Positions 30,450 through 39,835 of a stretch of DNA of 64,000 bases are shown here, in pieces. Under the pieces are notes generated by a model, which saw only the letters and a list, made by a program, of their open reading frames with translations, searched no databases and was not told the origin of the DNA. Source of the DNA: a virus. The translations under genes were made by a program, and so were the position numbers. The stretch's first letter is position 1, and every line of letters begins with the position of its first letter. The stretch spans positions 77,046 to 141,045 of the IMG/VR virus record IMGVR_UViG_3300025769_012879; one strand, given 5' to 3'.

Positions 30450-31285
30450 TTGGTATTGGCAATGCAGGTCGTGAGATTTGTAAAATATTTGAGCAAAAAG
30501 GGTATAAAACATACTCTATTGATAATCACAGCGATGCTTTTGTAAAGTTTCCTAAAGTAAAGACGATTGAGGAGGCAGAAAAGGTTGAAATTGACCTTTC
30601 AGAGTTAAAAAATAATATAAAATCGGACCATATTCTGTGTGTAATGGCAGGATCTGGTCTTATAACAGGTGCTTGCCTTAGAATTTTAGAGAATTTCAGA
30701 GATAAGAAGATTGATTTTCTTTATATTCAACCTGACACATCATTTATGAACAATAATGGCAAGACAAGAGAGCGAGTTGTAAGGAATATTCTACAAGAGT
30801 TTGCCCGTTCAGGGTTATTCAACAAAATGTGGATGGTTTCCAACAAAAGTATTGCTAACCTCTCGTCAGATATATCGATTGGCAACTATTTTGAGAAGGT
30901 CAACGAGAAAGTAGTTGACATGTGGCACCTGATGGAGTATTATAGTCAGGCAACTGCGTTGATGGGGAACTTGGAAGAACCACAAGAGCAGAATAGGATA
31001 GCAACTTTTGGTCTGTATAGTTTGAACGACGAAACAGAGCAGAAGTTCTATGAACTGGAAGGAGTGAGAGAAAAACACTTTTACTTTACTTTTAGTGAAG
31101 AAACATTGAAAGAAACAGGCAATGTTTTAGAATTAGTATCTCGTAAATTGGAAAAAGCGCAAGAAAATGAATTTCAGGAAGTATCTTACGGATTTTTCCC
31201 ATCGGGATATACTGTTGACAAAGTGTACATAATGTACTATACTAATCATATACAAAGCGAGGCAGGAAAATCACCTGTCTTATAA
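30440..31285 (+). CDS. Divergent tubulin/FtsZ-family protein
   Basis: VIGIGNAGREI N-terminal loop; degenerate T4 loop AGSGLITGA; MVSN. Confidence 0.65.
   Translation: MEVIGIGNAGREICKIFEQKGYKTYSIDNHSDAFVKFPKVKTIEEAEKVEIDLSELKNNIKSDHILCVMAGSGLITGACLRILENFRDKKIDFLYIQPDTSFMNNNGKTRERVVRNILQEFARSGLFNKMWMVSNKSIANLSSDISIGNYFEKVNEKVVDMWHLMEYYSQATALMGNLEEPQEQNRIATFGLYSLNDETEQKFYELEGVREKHFYFTFSEETLKETGNVLELVSRKLEKAQENEFQEVSYGFFPSGYTVDKVYIMYYTNHIQSEAGKSPVL
31215..31243 (+). promoter_or_regulatory. sigma70-type promoter for SSB
   Basis: TTGACA-N17-TATACT. Confidence 0.8.
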
Positions 31286-31300
31286 AAAGGAGAAAATAAT

Positions 31301-32041
31301 ATGGCTATTGATTTGAGTAAAATGCGTGCGAAACTTGCTGCTTCAGAGGGCAAGGGCGGTGGTTCTAGTAAGAACCTTTTCTGGAAACCAACTGATGGCG
31401 AGAGTGTCATTCGTATTGTTCCAGATGCAGACGGAGACCCCTTCAAGGAGTATTGGTTCCATTATAATGTTGCTAATGCCCCAGGTTTCCTATCACCTAA
31501 GAAGAATTTTGGTGAGGAGGATGTGCTAGATAAGTATGTTCGCAAGTTGTTCAACGATGGTACAGAGGAGAGTCGCGAGGAAGCGAAGAAGTTGATGGCA
31601 AAGCAGCGTTTCTTTTCCCCTGTAATTGTTCGTGGCGAAGAGGAGAAGGGTGTTCGTCTTTGGGGTTACTCCAAGACTGTTTACCAGAAGTTGCTACAGT
31701 TGGTTCTAAACCCAGAGTACGGTGATATCACTGATCCAGAGGAGGGTACTGACCTAACTATTAATTACGGTAAGAAGGCAGGACAGATGTTCCCAAGCAC
31801 TGACATCTTCCCAGCACGTCGCACCTCACCTCTACACAGTGATCGCAACATCGCTAAGGATCTTGTTGATACTGACATCGATTATGATAATGTCTTTAGC
31901 AAGAAGACCCCAGATGAGGTTCAGCAGTTGTTGGAGCAGCACCTATCAGGTGATACCGATGACAGCACTGGTACTGTTCAGTATGCACAGACCACCGATG
32001 ATGCAGCAGACCAAGCATTTAAGTCCTTGCTTTCTGCGTAA
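31301..32041 (+). CDS. ssDNA-binding protein (gp32-like)
   Basis: FWKP...IRIVP, YGDITDPEEGTDL, acidic tail. Confidence 0.85.
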   Translation: MAIDLSKMRAKLAASEGKGGGSSKNLFWKPTDGESVIRIVPDADGDPFKEYWFHYNVANAPGFLSPKKNFGEEDVLDKYVRKLFNDGTEESREEAKKLMAKQRFFSPVIVRGEEEKGVRLWGYSKTVYQKLLQLVLNPEYGDITDPEEGTDLTINYGKKAGQMFPSTDIFPARRTSPLHSDRNIAKDLVDTDIDYDNVFSKKTPDEVQQLLEQHLSGDTDDSTGTVQYAQTTDDAADQAFKSLLSA

Positions 32042-32055
32042 GATAGTGCTATAAT
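32027..32055 (+). promoter_or_regulatory. sigma70-type promoter for recA/uvsX
   Basis: TTGCTT-N17-TATAAT with extended -10 TG. Confidence 0.7.
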
Positions 32056-32056
32056 G

Positions 32057-32086
32057 GGCGAGGGGGCAAGTCCCCCTCGCCTTATT
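32057..32086 (+). terminator. Hairpin/terminator after SSB
   Basis: GGCGAGGGGG-CAAGT-CCCCCTCGCC then TTATT. Confidence 0.75.
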
Positions 32087-32099
32087 CTATGGAGACAAA

Positions 32100-33209
32100 A
32101 TGGCAAAAACAAAAAGCGGCAAGTTGTCTATTGCCGATATGAAAAAGTTGATAAACAAGAAAGCAGGCGTTGACGTTGCTTTTTCTTTATCAGATGATAA
32201 CCCAACAGAGGTAAACCAGTTTATCCCGACTGGTTGTAGATGGCTTGATGGTATTATCAAGCGTGGTGATTGGGGTGGTATTCCTGTAGGTAAGGTTAGT
32301 GAGATTGCTGGTTTAGAAGCAACTGGTAAATCTTATATGGCAGCACAGATTGCAGGCAATGCTCAAAGAATGGGAATTGATGTTGTTTATTTCGATTCAG
32401 AGAACTCTATTGATCCTGGTTTCTTGGAGAATGCTGGGTGTGATATTGAAAGATTGCTTTATGTTCAGGCAAGTTCAGTAGAGTTTGTATTGGAAACTAT
32501 TGAGAGTTTATTGGCAAACAACGATAGTCAGATGCTTTTCATCTGGGATAGTATGGCACTTACACCATCTGTTTCTGATATTGAGTCGGACTTCAACCCA
32601 CTCTCTACGATGGCGGTAAAACCTCGTATTCTTTCTAAGGGTATGTCTAAGTTGATTCAGCCGATTGCAAATACAAAGTCAACTTTGCTTATTCTAAATC
32701 AGTTGAAGACCAACATTACAAGGAATACAGCAGAAGCACTCACAACTCCTTACTTTACTCCAGGTGGTAAGGCACTTGCTTATTCCTACTCTTTGCGTAT
32801 CTGGTTAACAGCACGTAAGGGCAAGTCATCTTTCATCTTTGATGATAAGGGATTTAGAATTGGTACAGAGGTCAAGGCAAAGATTGAGAAGTCACGCTTT
32901 GGAACTCAAGGTCGAAACTGCGCTTTCAAGATTTTGTGGGCAGGTGAGCAAGTCAAGATCATGGACAAGGAAAGTTGGTTTGAGGCAATCAAGTCATCTG
33001 ATAAACTAACAAATGCAGGTGCTTGGTTTACTTTACATCATGATGATGGAACGCAAGATAAGTTCCAATCGAAACAGTGGTTGGAAAAGTTGGAAAATGA
33101 AAAATTTTATAACACAGTACAGAAGTTGTTAGAAGAAGAAGTAGTAATGAAGTTTGACAAGCGTATTGGCGATTCAAGCGATTTTTATGAGGATAAGGAG
33201 GAGAAGTAA
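32100..33209 (+). CDS. uvsX: RecA/UvsX recombinase
   Basis: GLEATGKS Walker A, FDSE, IWDS, NQL, TPGGKA. Confidence 0.93.
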   Translation: MAKTKSGKLSIADMKKLINKKAGVDVAFSLSDDNPTEVNQFIPTGCRWLDGIIKRGDWGGIPVGKVSEIAGLEATGKSYMAAQIAGNAQRMGIDVVYFDSENSIDPGFLENAGCDIERLLYVQASSVEFVLETIESLLANNDSQMLFIWDSMALTPSVSDIESDFNPLSTMAVKPRILSKGMSKLIQPIANTKSTLLILNQLKTNITRNTAEALTTPYFTPGGKALAYSYSLRIWLTARKGKSSFIFDDKGFRIGTEVKAKIEKSRFGTQGRNCAFKILWAGEQVKIMDKESWFEAIKSSDKLTNAGAWFTLHHDDGTQDKFQSKQWLEKLENEKFYNTVQKLLEEEVVMKFDKRIGDSSDFYEDKEEK

Positions 33210-33346
33210 TGAACCCATCTAAAAAGGGCGCACGTAAGAAGATAAGCAGAAAAAAGACAAATCAAGGAAACGGAACTTTCAGTAAGAAGTTCCACAACAA
33301 GCGATCAAAAACATACAAGAAGCGATACAGAGGACAAGGGAAATGA
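33209..33346 (+). CDS. Unannotated 45-aa very basic protein ending YRGQGK
   Basis: MNPSKKGARKKISRKKTNQGNGTFSKKFHNKRSKTYKKRYRGQGK. Coupled at both ends (TAATG, ATGA), with AGGAGG upstream. Confidence 0.75.
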   Translation: MNPSKKGARKKISRKKTNQGNGTFSKKFHNKRSKTYKKRYRGQGK

Positions 33347-34302
33347 CAGAGAGATCTCTAATAATTGACGGCACAAATATATTCTACAGAGCATATGTAG
33401 TAAATCCATCTTTATCTAACAGCGGTTTACCCGTTGGCGGGTTGGTTGGTTTTTTAAAGTCATTACAAAAACTTATTAGAGAGATGAAACCAACTAAGGT
33501 TTTCGTTTGTTGGGATGGGGCAGGCGGGTCTTCACGACGAAGGTCCGTTGTGTCCTCATACAAGGAAGGTAGAAAGGCAATTAGGTTGAATAGATCTACA
33601 GGTGTTTCACTTTCTTTGGAAGAGGAAAACCAAAGCAAGTTACGTCAGATAATGCGTTTATTTGAGTATCTTGATAATTTACCTCTCATTCAGTTGATGC
33701 ACGATGGTGTTGAGGCAGATGACATGATTTCTATTTTGTGTCAGGAGTTGAGAGGCGAGCAAAAAATAATTGTTTCAAGCGATAAAGATTTTTATCAATT
33801 GTTGGATGATGAGACAATTATTTATCGTCCAGTGCAAGCAGTATTCAAAACTAAAAAGGATATTGTGGAGGAGTTTCAGATTCATCCAAACAACTTTGCC
33901 CTAGCAAGAGCGGTTAGTGGTGATAAGAGTGATAATTTACAAGGTGTTAAAGGTGCAGGGTTGAAGACCCTAGCAAAGCGTTTCCCCTTTTTGGTAGAGG
34001 AAAAAGATTATAGTTTGACTGATTTGGTTGATGCGTGTGAGGAAACAGAGAACAAGTTAAAGATCCATGAAGGCATTCTTGACAACTACGACAAGATCCT
34101 AAAGAACTACAAGATTATGCAACTATACGTCCCGAATGTTTCATTCCAGGTGAGAGATATAGTAAAGAATGCAAAAGAGAACTATTCAAGATATTACAAT
34201 AAAACAGAGATTGTTAAGATGATGTTTACGGATGGTTTCCCACAGATCAGTTGGACAGACCTTTTTGCTCACTCAAACAGGATTGCTTCCATAAAGGACT
34301 AA
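33343..34302 (+). CDS. 5'-3' exonuclease / T4 RNase H-like (FEN family)
   Basis: IIDGTN, YKEGR, EADD, SSDKDFYQL, GDKSDNLQGVKGAG. Confidence 0.92.
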   Translation: MTERSLIIDGTNIFYRAYVVNPSLSNSGLPVGGLVGFLKSLQKLIREMKPTKVFVCWDGAGGSSRRRSVVSSYKEGRKAIRLNRSTGVSLSLEEENQSKLRQIMRLFEYLDNLPLIQLMHDGVEADDMISILCQELRGEQKIIVSSDKDFYQLLDDETIIYRPVQAVFKTKKDIVEEFQIHPNNFALARAVSGDKSDNLQGVKGAGLKTLAKRFPFLVEEKDYSLTDLVDACEETENKLKIHEGILDNYDKILKNYKIMQLYVPNVSFQVRDIVKNAKENYSRYYNKTEIVKMMFTDGFPQISWTDLFAHSNRIASIKD

Positions 34303-34322
34303 TTATATTCGGAGGTTTTGAG

Positions 34323-34598
34323 ATGAAAAATTTCAAAGAAATGGTATATAAAAATCTTTTTGAGGCAAAGCACAATAAGATGAATGAGCAGGAAAATAAA
34401 ACTCCTGATAAATTCCAGGTTGGAACTAGAGTAGTTCACACACCAACAGGCGATCATGGCGAAGTAATGGAGCGTGATCTTGGTGGTCCACAAGTTCTAG
34501 TAAAGTTTGATAATGATGGTGAAAAATCAGTAAGTCATATAGATCTAGAATTAGAAACAGTAAAATCAGAAGATCCTGCTGACTATTCAGCAAATTAA
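34323..34598 (+). CDS. Late-island protein with SH3/KOW-like C-terminal domain
   Basis: ACTAATTA and GGAGG upstream; FQVGTRVVH...GEV...VKFD. Confidence 0.6.
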   Translation: MKNFKEMVYKNLFEAKHNKMNEQENKTPDKFQVGTRVVHTPTGDHGEVMERDLGGPQVLVKFDNDGEKSVSHIDLELETVKSEDPADYSAN

Positions 34599-34604
34599 TA
34601 TCAC

Positions 34605-34633
34605 TTGACATCAATAACCATTCTTGCTATAGT
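34605..34633 (+). promoter_or_regulatory. sigma70-type promoter for helicase/RNR
   Basis: TTGACA-N17-TATAGT. Confidence 0.8.
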
Positions 34634-34657
34634 GGTAGACCCAACAAAAGGTGATCT

Positions 34658-36034
34658 ATGCGTACAAGCGAGAAGGTGGACTTTTCAAAGTTCGGTAATA
34701 TGTTTCAAGAGAATCTTGCCAAACTTATCCTTATGGATAGGGCATACTCTGACCAGATTGGCGAGGTCCTTGAAACTGAGTATTTTGAAACGAAATATTT
34801 GAAAAGGTTCACAAATCTAATTTATCAATATAAAGAAAAGTATGAGGTTCATCCGTCGATGAACCTCATGGCGTCTCTAATCAATACAGAGATGGACAAG
34901 GAAGACGACTTGGTAATCAAGCAAGTTCGTGATTTCCTTATTCGTATTCACTCAGACCCAGCAGTGCAGGGCGAGGAATACATCAAAGATACTGCTTTGG
35001 ACTTTTGTAAGAAGCAGAAACTAAAAGAAGCAATCGTAAAATCAGTTCGTCTTTTGGAGAAATCTTCATTTGACGAGATTAGTGATTTGATTAACGAAGC
35101 ACTCAAGTTAGGTCAGTCAAATGATTTTGGTTATCATTATATTAAAGATTTTGAGAAGCGATTTGAGGTAAAGGTTCGTAGTCCTATGACAACAGGATGG
35201 AAGACCTTTGATGACCTAATGCAAGGTGGACTTGGTGCTGGCGAACTTGGTGTTGCTATGGCAGGTACTGGAGCAGGAAAGAGTCATATTCTTGTACACT
35301 TAGGTGCTCAAGCATTGAAAGAAAAGAAAACTGTGGTACACTATACTCTGGAACTTTCCGAGACAGTTGTTGCTCGACGGTATGATTCATGTATCACAGG
35401 TGTAAAACTAAAAGACCTAAATGTATTCAAGGATAATATTCTGGAAGTTGTAAAAGATATTGAGGGGACTTTGATTGTAAAAGAGTATCCAACTCGATCT
35501 ATCTCAACAACAGCAATTAAGAATCACCTTTCTAAATTGAAGATGCGTGGTGTTGAACCAGATATTATTATTGTTGATTATGCAGATTTGATCAACCCAA
35601 AAAAGAGTTATGGCGAAAAACGACACGATTTAGAATCAATTTATGAGGAATTACGAGGAATTGCGCAAGAGCATAAATGCCCAATTTGGACCGTTTCTCA
35701 GACGAATAGGACAGGGTACAACGCAGAACTTGTCACAATGGAGTCAATTTCGGAGGCTTTTTCCAAATGTTTTGTTGCCGACTTCATATTTACTCTATCC
35801 CGAACTACCGAGGATAAAAACAACAATACAGGAAGGTTCTTTGTGGCTAAAAATCGTTTCGGTCCAGACGGCTTAATTTACCCAGTCAAGATGGATACAA
35901 GTAATGTAAAGATTTCTGTTGAGCAGAATTCTATTGATCCGTCCGCTGTTGGCAAGAACGCTGCAAAAGAACAAAAAGATATGTTGAGACAAAAATATAA
36001 GGAATTGCAACAAGAAATGAAAGGAGATAAATAA
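34658..36034 (+). CDS. Replicative DNA helicase (DnaB/gp41-like)
   Basis: AGTGAGKS, YTLE, IIVDYADL, SQTNR, KNRFG. Confidence 0.93.
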   Translation: MRTSEKVDFSKFGNMFQENLAKLILMDRAYSDQIGEVLETEYFETKYLKRFTNLIYQYKEKYEVHPSMNLMASLINTEMDKEDDLVIKQVRDFLIRIHSDPAVQGEEYIKDTALDFCKKQKLKEAIVKSVRLLEKSSFDEISDLINEALKLGQSNDFGYHYIKDFEKRFEVKVRSPMTTGWKTFDDLMQGGLGAGELGVAMAGTGAGKSHILVHLGAQALKEKKTVVHYTLELSETVVARRYDSCITGVKLKDLNVFKDNILEVVKDIEGTLIVKEYPTRSISTTAIKNHLSKLKMRGVEPDIIIVDYADLINPKKSYGEKRHDLESIYEELRGIAQEHKCPIWTVSQTNRTGYNAELVTMESISEAFSKCFVADFIFTLSRTTEDKNNNTGRFFVAKNRFGPDGLIYPVKMDTSNVKISVEQNSIDPSAVGKNAAKEQKDMLRQKYKELQQEMKGDK

Positions 36035-37893
36035 TGCAAATAGCGTCAGAAATTCTGTCAGATATCACAGTGCATATGAAATATGCGAAGTATATCCCCG
36101 AAAAGCAACGTAGGGAAAATTGGGTTGAACTTTGTACTCGTAATAGAGACATGCATATTAAGAAATACCCAGAGTTGAAAGAAGAAATTACCCAAGTGTA
36201 TGAAAACTTTGTCATACCAAAGAAGGTTTTGCCTTCAATGAGATCAATGCAGTTTGCTGGTAAACCAATTGAGGTTGCCCCAAACCGTGTATATAACTGC
36301 GCTTATATGCCAATCGATCACCCTGATGCTTTTGCAGAGTGTATGTTCCTTTTATTAGGTGGAACTGGCGTTGGTTTTTCTGTCCAGGCACACCATGTTG
36401 AGAAACTACCAGAGATCCGCAAGCCAAACCCAAAGCGTACTCGTCGTTTCTTAGTATCTGATTCTATTGAGGGATGGGCAGATGCTGTTAAGGCACTTGT
36501 TTATTCTTACTTCAAGGGCACATCTAAACTTCGTTTTGATTTCAGCGATATTCGTCCAAAGGGCGCTCGTCTTGTAACCTCTGGTGGTAAGGCACCAGGA
36601 CCCCAACCACTACGTGAGTGCTTGGTAAAGGTTGAGGGCATTCTTTCAGAGAAGGCAAATGGTGACAAACTTGAAACAATTGAAGTTCATGATATGATTT
36701 GTCATATTGCTGATGCTGTTTTAGCAGGCGGTATTCGTCGTGCAGCACTTATTTCACTCTTCTCAGCAGATGATGATGAAATGATTGCAGCAAAGTCAGG
36801 AAGTTGGTGGGAGACAAATCCACAGCGAGGCAGAGCAAACAACTCCGCAGTAATTCTACGACACAAAGTTGATAAAGAATACTTTATGTCACTTTGGGAT
36901 CGTATTAAAAAGTCAGGTTCAGGCGAGCCAGGAATTTATCTATCAAATGATAAGGATTGGGGTACCAACCCATGTTGCGAGATTGCTCTTCGTCCTTACC
37001 AGTTTTGTAACTTAACAGAGGTAAATGCTTCAGATTTAGAAGATCAGGAAGAGTATGAGTCCCGTGTTAAGGCAGCAGCGTTTCTAGGTACCCTACAAGC
37101 GGGTTATACGGACTTTCACTACCTACGCGATGTATGGCGTCGAAACACTGAGAAAGACGCTCTCATCGGCGTCTCAATGACAGGAATCGGGTCTGGTGCT
37201 GTTCTCAACTTGGATATGGAAGCAGCAGCAAAAGCAGTCAAAGAAGAGAATAGCAGGGTTGCAAATCTAATTGGTATTCGTGAGGCAGCGAGAACTACTT
37301 GTGTAAAACCAGCAGGCACAACCTCACTAACATTAGGCACTTCTTCAGGCATTCATGCTTGGCATAATGATTACTACATTCGTCGCATTCGTGTTGGTAA
37401 GAATGAAGCAATTTACAACTACTTATCACTGGCACATGAGGAATTGATTGAAGATGAATATTTTAGACCCCACGACACTGCTGTTATCTCTATTCCACAA
37501 AAGGCTCCAGAAGGAGCAATTTACCGAACAGAATCAGCCATGTCCATGCTCAAGCGAGTGGCAAAGGTCTCAAACGAGTGGGTTAGGAAAGGTCATAGAA
37601 AAGGTCAAAACACTCACAACGTTTCCGCAACTGTAAGCATTCGTGAGTCCGAATGGGCAGATGTTGGAGAGTGGATGTGGGAAAACCGCGATGTTTATAA
37701 TGGTCTTTCAGTTCTACCTTACGATGGTGGTAATTACGATCAGGCACCATTTGAGGATTGCTCTAAAGAAACTTATGAGGTTATGCTTCAGTCATTAACT
37801 AAAGTTGATCTAAATAATGTTTACGAAGCAGAGGACAACACTGATTTATCAGGCGAGTTGGCTTGTGCAGGCGGTGCTTGCGAAGTAGTATAA
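36034..37893 (+). CDS. nrdJ: Class II (B12-dependent) ribonucleotide reductase
   Basis: VYNC, GGIRRAALI, TNPCCEI, VKPAGT, C-terminal CAGGAC. Confidence 0.9.
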   Translation: MQIASEILSDITVHMKYAKYIPEKQRRENWVELCTRNRDMHIKKYPELKEEITQVYENFVIPKKVLPSMRSMQFAGKPIEVAPNRVYNCAYMPIDHPDAFAECMFLLLGGTGVGFSVQAHHVEKLPEIRKPNPKRTRRFLVSDSIEGWADAVKALVYSYFKGTSKLRFDFSDIRPKGARLVTSGGKAPGPQPLRECLVKVEGILSEKANGDKLETIEVHDMICHIADAVLAGGIRRAALISLFSADDDEMIAAKSGSWWETNPQRGRANNSAVILRHKVDKEYFMSLWDRIKKSGSGEPGIYLSNDKDWGTNPCCEIALRPYQFCNLTEVNASDLEDQEEYESRVKAAAFLGTLQAGYTDFHYLRDVWRRNTEKDALIGVSMTGIGSGAVLNLDMEAAAKAVKEENSRVANLIGIREAARTTCVKPAGTTSLTLGTSSGIHAWHNDYYIRRIRVGKNEAIYNYLSLAHEELIEDEYFRPHDTAVISIPQKAPEGAIYRTESAMSMLKRVAKVSNEWVRKGHRKGQNTHNVSATVSIRESEWADVGEWMWENRDVYNGLSVLPYDGGNYDQAPFEDCSKETYEVMLQSLTKVDLNNVYEAEDNTDLSGELACAGGACEVV

Positions 37894-37920
37894 TCGCTTT
37901 ACAGCATCTAAGTAGATGGA

Positions 37921-37950
37921 AGGCATGAGGTTTTTATCTCATGCCTTTCT
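37921..37950 (+). terminator. Terminator after nrdJ
   Basis: AGGCATGAG-loop-CTCATGCCT followed by TTCT. Confidence 0.75.
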
Positions 37951-37979
37951 ATTTATTATATCACCTACAGGTAAAATAA

Positions 37980-39512
37980 ATGGCAACATCAGGATTTTCT
38001 TATAAACCACTAAAAAACATAACTATTGGCGATCCCGGTGGTTCACAACAAACTTCTTTTGGCGAGTTGAGAGTTGAATCTCTAACTCCATCTGCTCAAG
38101 CAGATTTTGTTTACACAGTCAACGAGAAGATTGTTACACCAATCAATTATGCTGGCGGCGGTGTTTATCAAGAAGATGGTTATGCCGTTGCCACAAGTTC
38201 AACAAATGCAAATGGTTCTGGTGGTGTTCAACTCCGCAGAGGTCTAAAATACTCAGCAGGTCAAGGTTCTTTATTTAGAGGGACTGCTCTTTTTGACACA
38301 CCAGTAGACGGCAACATCCAAATTATTGGTCTTGGTAATGGTGAGTGTGGTTACTTTTTTGGTTACCTCAACGAAAACTTTGCTATTTTACACCAAGACA
38401 CTTCCAAGAGAGAGATCAGAAAATTTACTATTACAACAGGAGCAGGTACAGAAGATGTTACTGTAACCCTTGATGGCGATTCTATTGTTGTTCCATGCAC
38501 TGGTGCGGGGGACACAACACAAACTGCTTACCAACTTTCCCTTGCTGACTACACAAATGTAGGCGATGGTTGGCAAGTTGATGTTGTTGGGTCAGATTTA
38601 TTTTTCCTTTCTGCTCGTGCTGAACCTTACAGCGGTTCTTATTCATTAGCAGGTGCTTCAATTGTAGCAACACCATCACAGGTTTCCGAAGGTGTTGCTC
38701 CTTCGTCAGATGTTTATCTTCAATCTGCATGGAATTACGATAAGATGGACGGCACAGGTCCAAGTGGAATGGTTTTGAATCCACAAAGAGGTAATGTCTT
38801 CCAGATTGGTTTTCAATATTTAGGTCAAGGTAATGCTTTCTTCTCTATCGAAGATGAAAATACCGGTAGACTGGCTTTAGTTCACCAAATTAAAAATGCA
38901 AATAATAGAACCACACCAGTTCTAAGAAACCCAAATGTAAGTGGATTAGTTGCTTCAACAAACACAACTGCTACAACAAGTGTCGAAGTTCGTTGTGCTT
39001 CTATGGCAACTTTTACAGAGGGCGAATTCGTAACATTAGACCCAAAATTTGCTCATGTAAGAACTTTCGATTCAACGGACACTTCTGGAGATTTCAGGGG
39101 TCTTGTCGCTCTAAAAGTAAATCGTGTTTTCCATAATCAATCTTGCTTTGGCGAGTTGGACCTTTTAAGTATTAGTGCTACTAATGCTGCTGGTTCAACG
39201 ACACCAAAACCATTCACTATCGGCATTTTCAGAGGTGTTGAAATAACTGGAGATGTAAACTTTATTGAAGTAAATGGTGGTTCAAGCACAGTTTCCTATG
39301 CTGATTTAGGGACTGCTGGCGGTACTGGTTTGGTAATTTCTCAAAATGAACCATTATTCACTTTTGGTGTTAATGGCGGTGGATCAAACACAATTGATTT
39401 GACAGATTTAGAAATTGTTAGCACCGCTGGCGAAGTCCTTGTTATCGGTTTTAGGTCGGACGATGCTGTTTCCGACAACACCTTGAGTGTAAACTGGTTT
39501 GAGCAGCAATAG
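37980..39512 (+). CDS. Putative virion structural protein (late island)
   Basis: Thr/Gly/Ser-rich beta protein with TSFGELRV; TCTATTTA upstream. Confidence 0.6.
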   Translation: MATSGFSYKPLKNITIGDPGGSQQTSFGELRVESLTPSAQADFVYTVNEKIVTPINYAGGGVYQEDGYAVATSSTNANGSGGVQLRRGLKYSAGQGSLFRGTALFDTPVDGNIQIIGLGNGECGYFFGYLNENFAILHQDTSKREIRKFTITTGAGTEDVTVTLDGDSIVVPCTGAGDTTQTAYQLSLADYTNVGDGWQVDVVGSDLFFLSARAEPYSGSYSLAGASIVATPSQVSEGVAPSSDVYLQSAWNYDKMDGTGPSGMVLNPQRGNVFQIGFQYLGQGNAFFSIEDENTGRLALVHQIKNANNRTTPVLRNPNVSGLVASTNTTATTSVEVRCASMATFTEGEFVTLDPKFAHVRTFDSTDTSGDFRGLVALKVNRVFHNQSCFGELDLLSISATNAAGSTTPKPFTIGIFRGVEITGDVNFIEVNGGSSTVSYADLGTAGGTGLVISQNEPLFTFGVNGGGSNTIDLTDLEIVSTAGEVLVIGFRSDDAVSDNTLSVNWFEQQ

Positions 39513-39541
39513 AAAACTATTTAACTTACGAGGAATGAAAA

Positions 39542-39826
39542 ATGTCTGAAGAAAAGATAAACAACGCAGTTGAGTTTGCTGAACTCAAAGGTTCACTCAA
39601 AAGAATTGAAGATGTTATTATGACAATAAAAGAAAAAAATGAGGAAATGGCTGGTGATATTACCAAGATCAAAGAAGCAATCTACAACCCAGATCAAGGC
39701 ATTTACTCTCGTCTAAAAGAACTTGAAGCATGGAAAGCAAACATGAGTAAAGTTCTTTGGATTGGCGCAACCGGAGTTATTGGTTCTATTGGTGTTGCAA
39801 TCTGGGAAGTTTTAAAAAACACATAA
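39542..39826 (+). CDS. Putative holin-like protein (coiled coil plus C-terminal TM)
   Basis: Directly upstream of the endolysin; late motif at 39516. Confidence 0.5.
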   Translation: MSEEKINNAVEFAELKGSLKRIEDVIMTIKEKNEEMAGDITKIKEAIYNPDQGIYSRLKELEAWKANMSKVLWIGATGVIGSIGVAIWEVLKNT

Positions 39827-39835
39827 GGATATAAA

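Noticed and set aside
34605-34802. ORFs called from TTG at 34605, 43006, 57025 and 62960
   Set aside because: In each case the TTG is the start of a -35 box (TTGACA), not a start codon.
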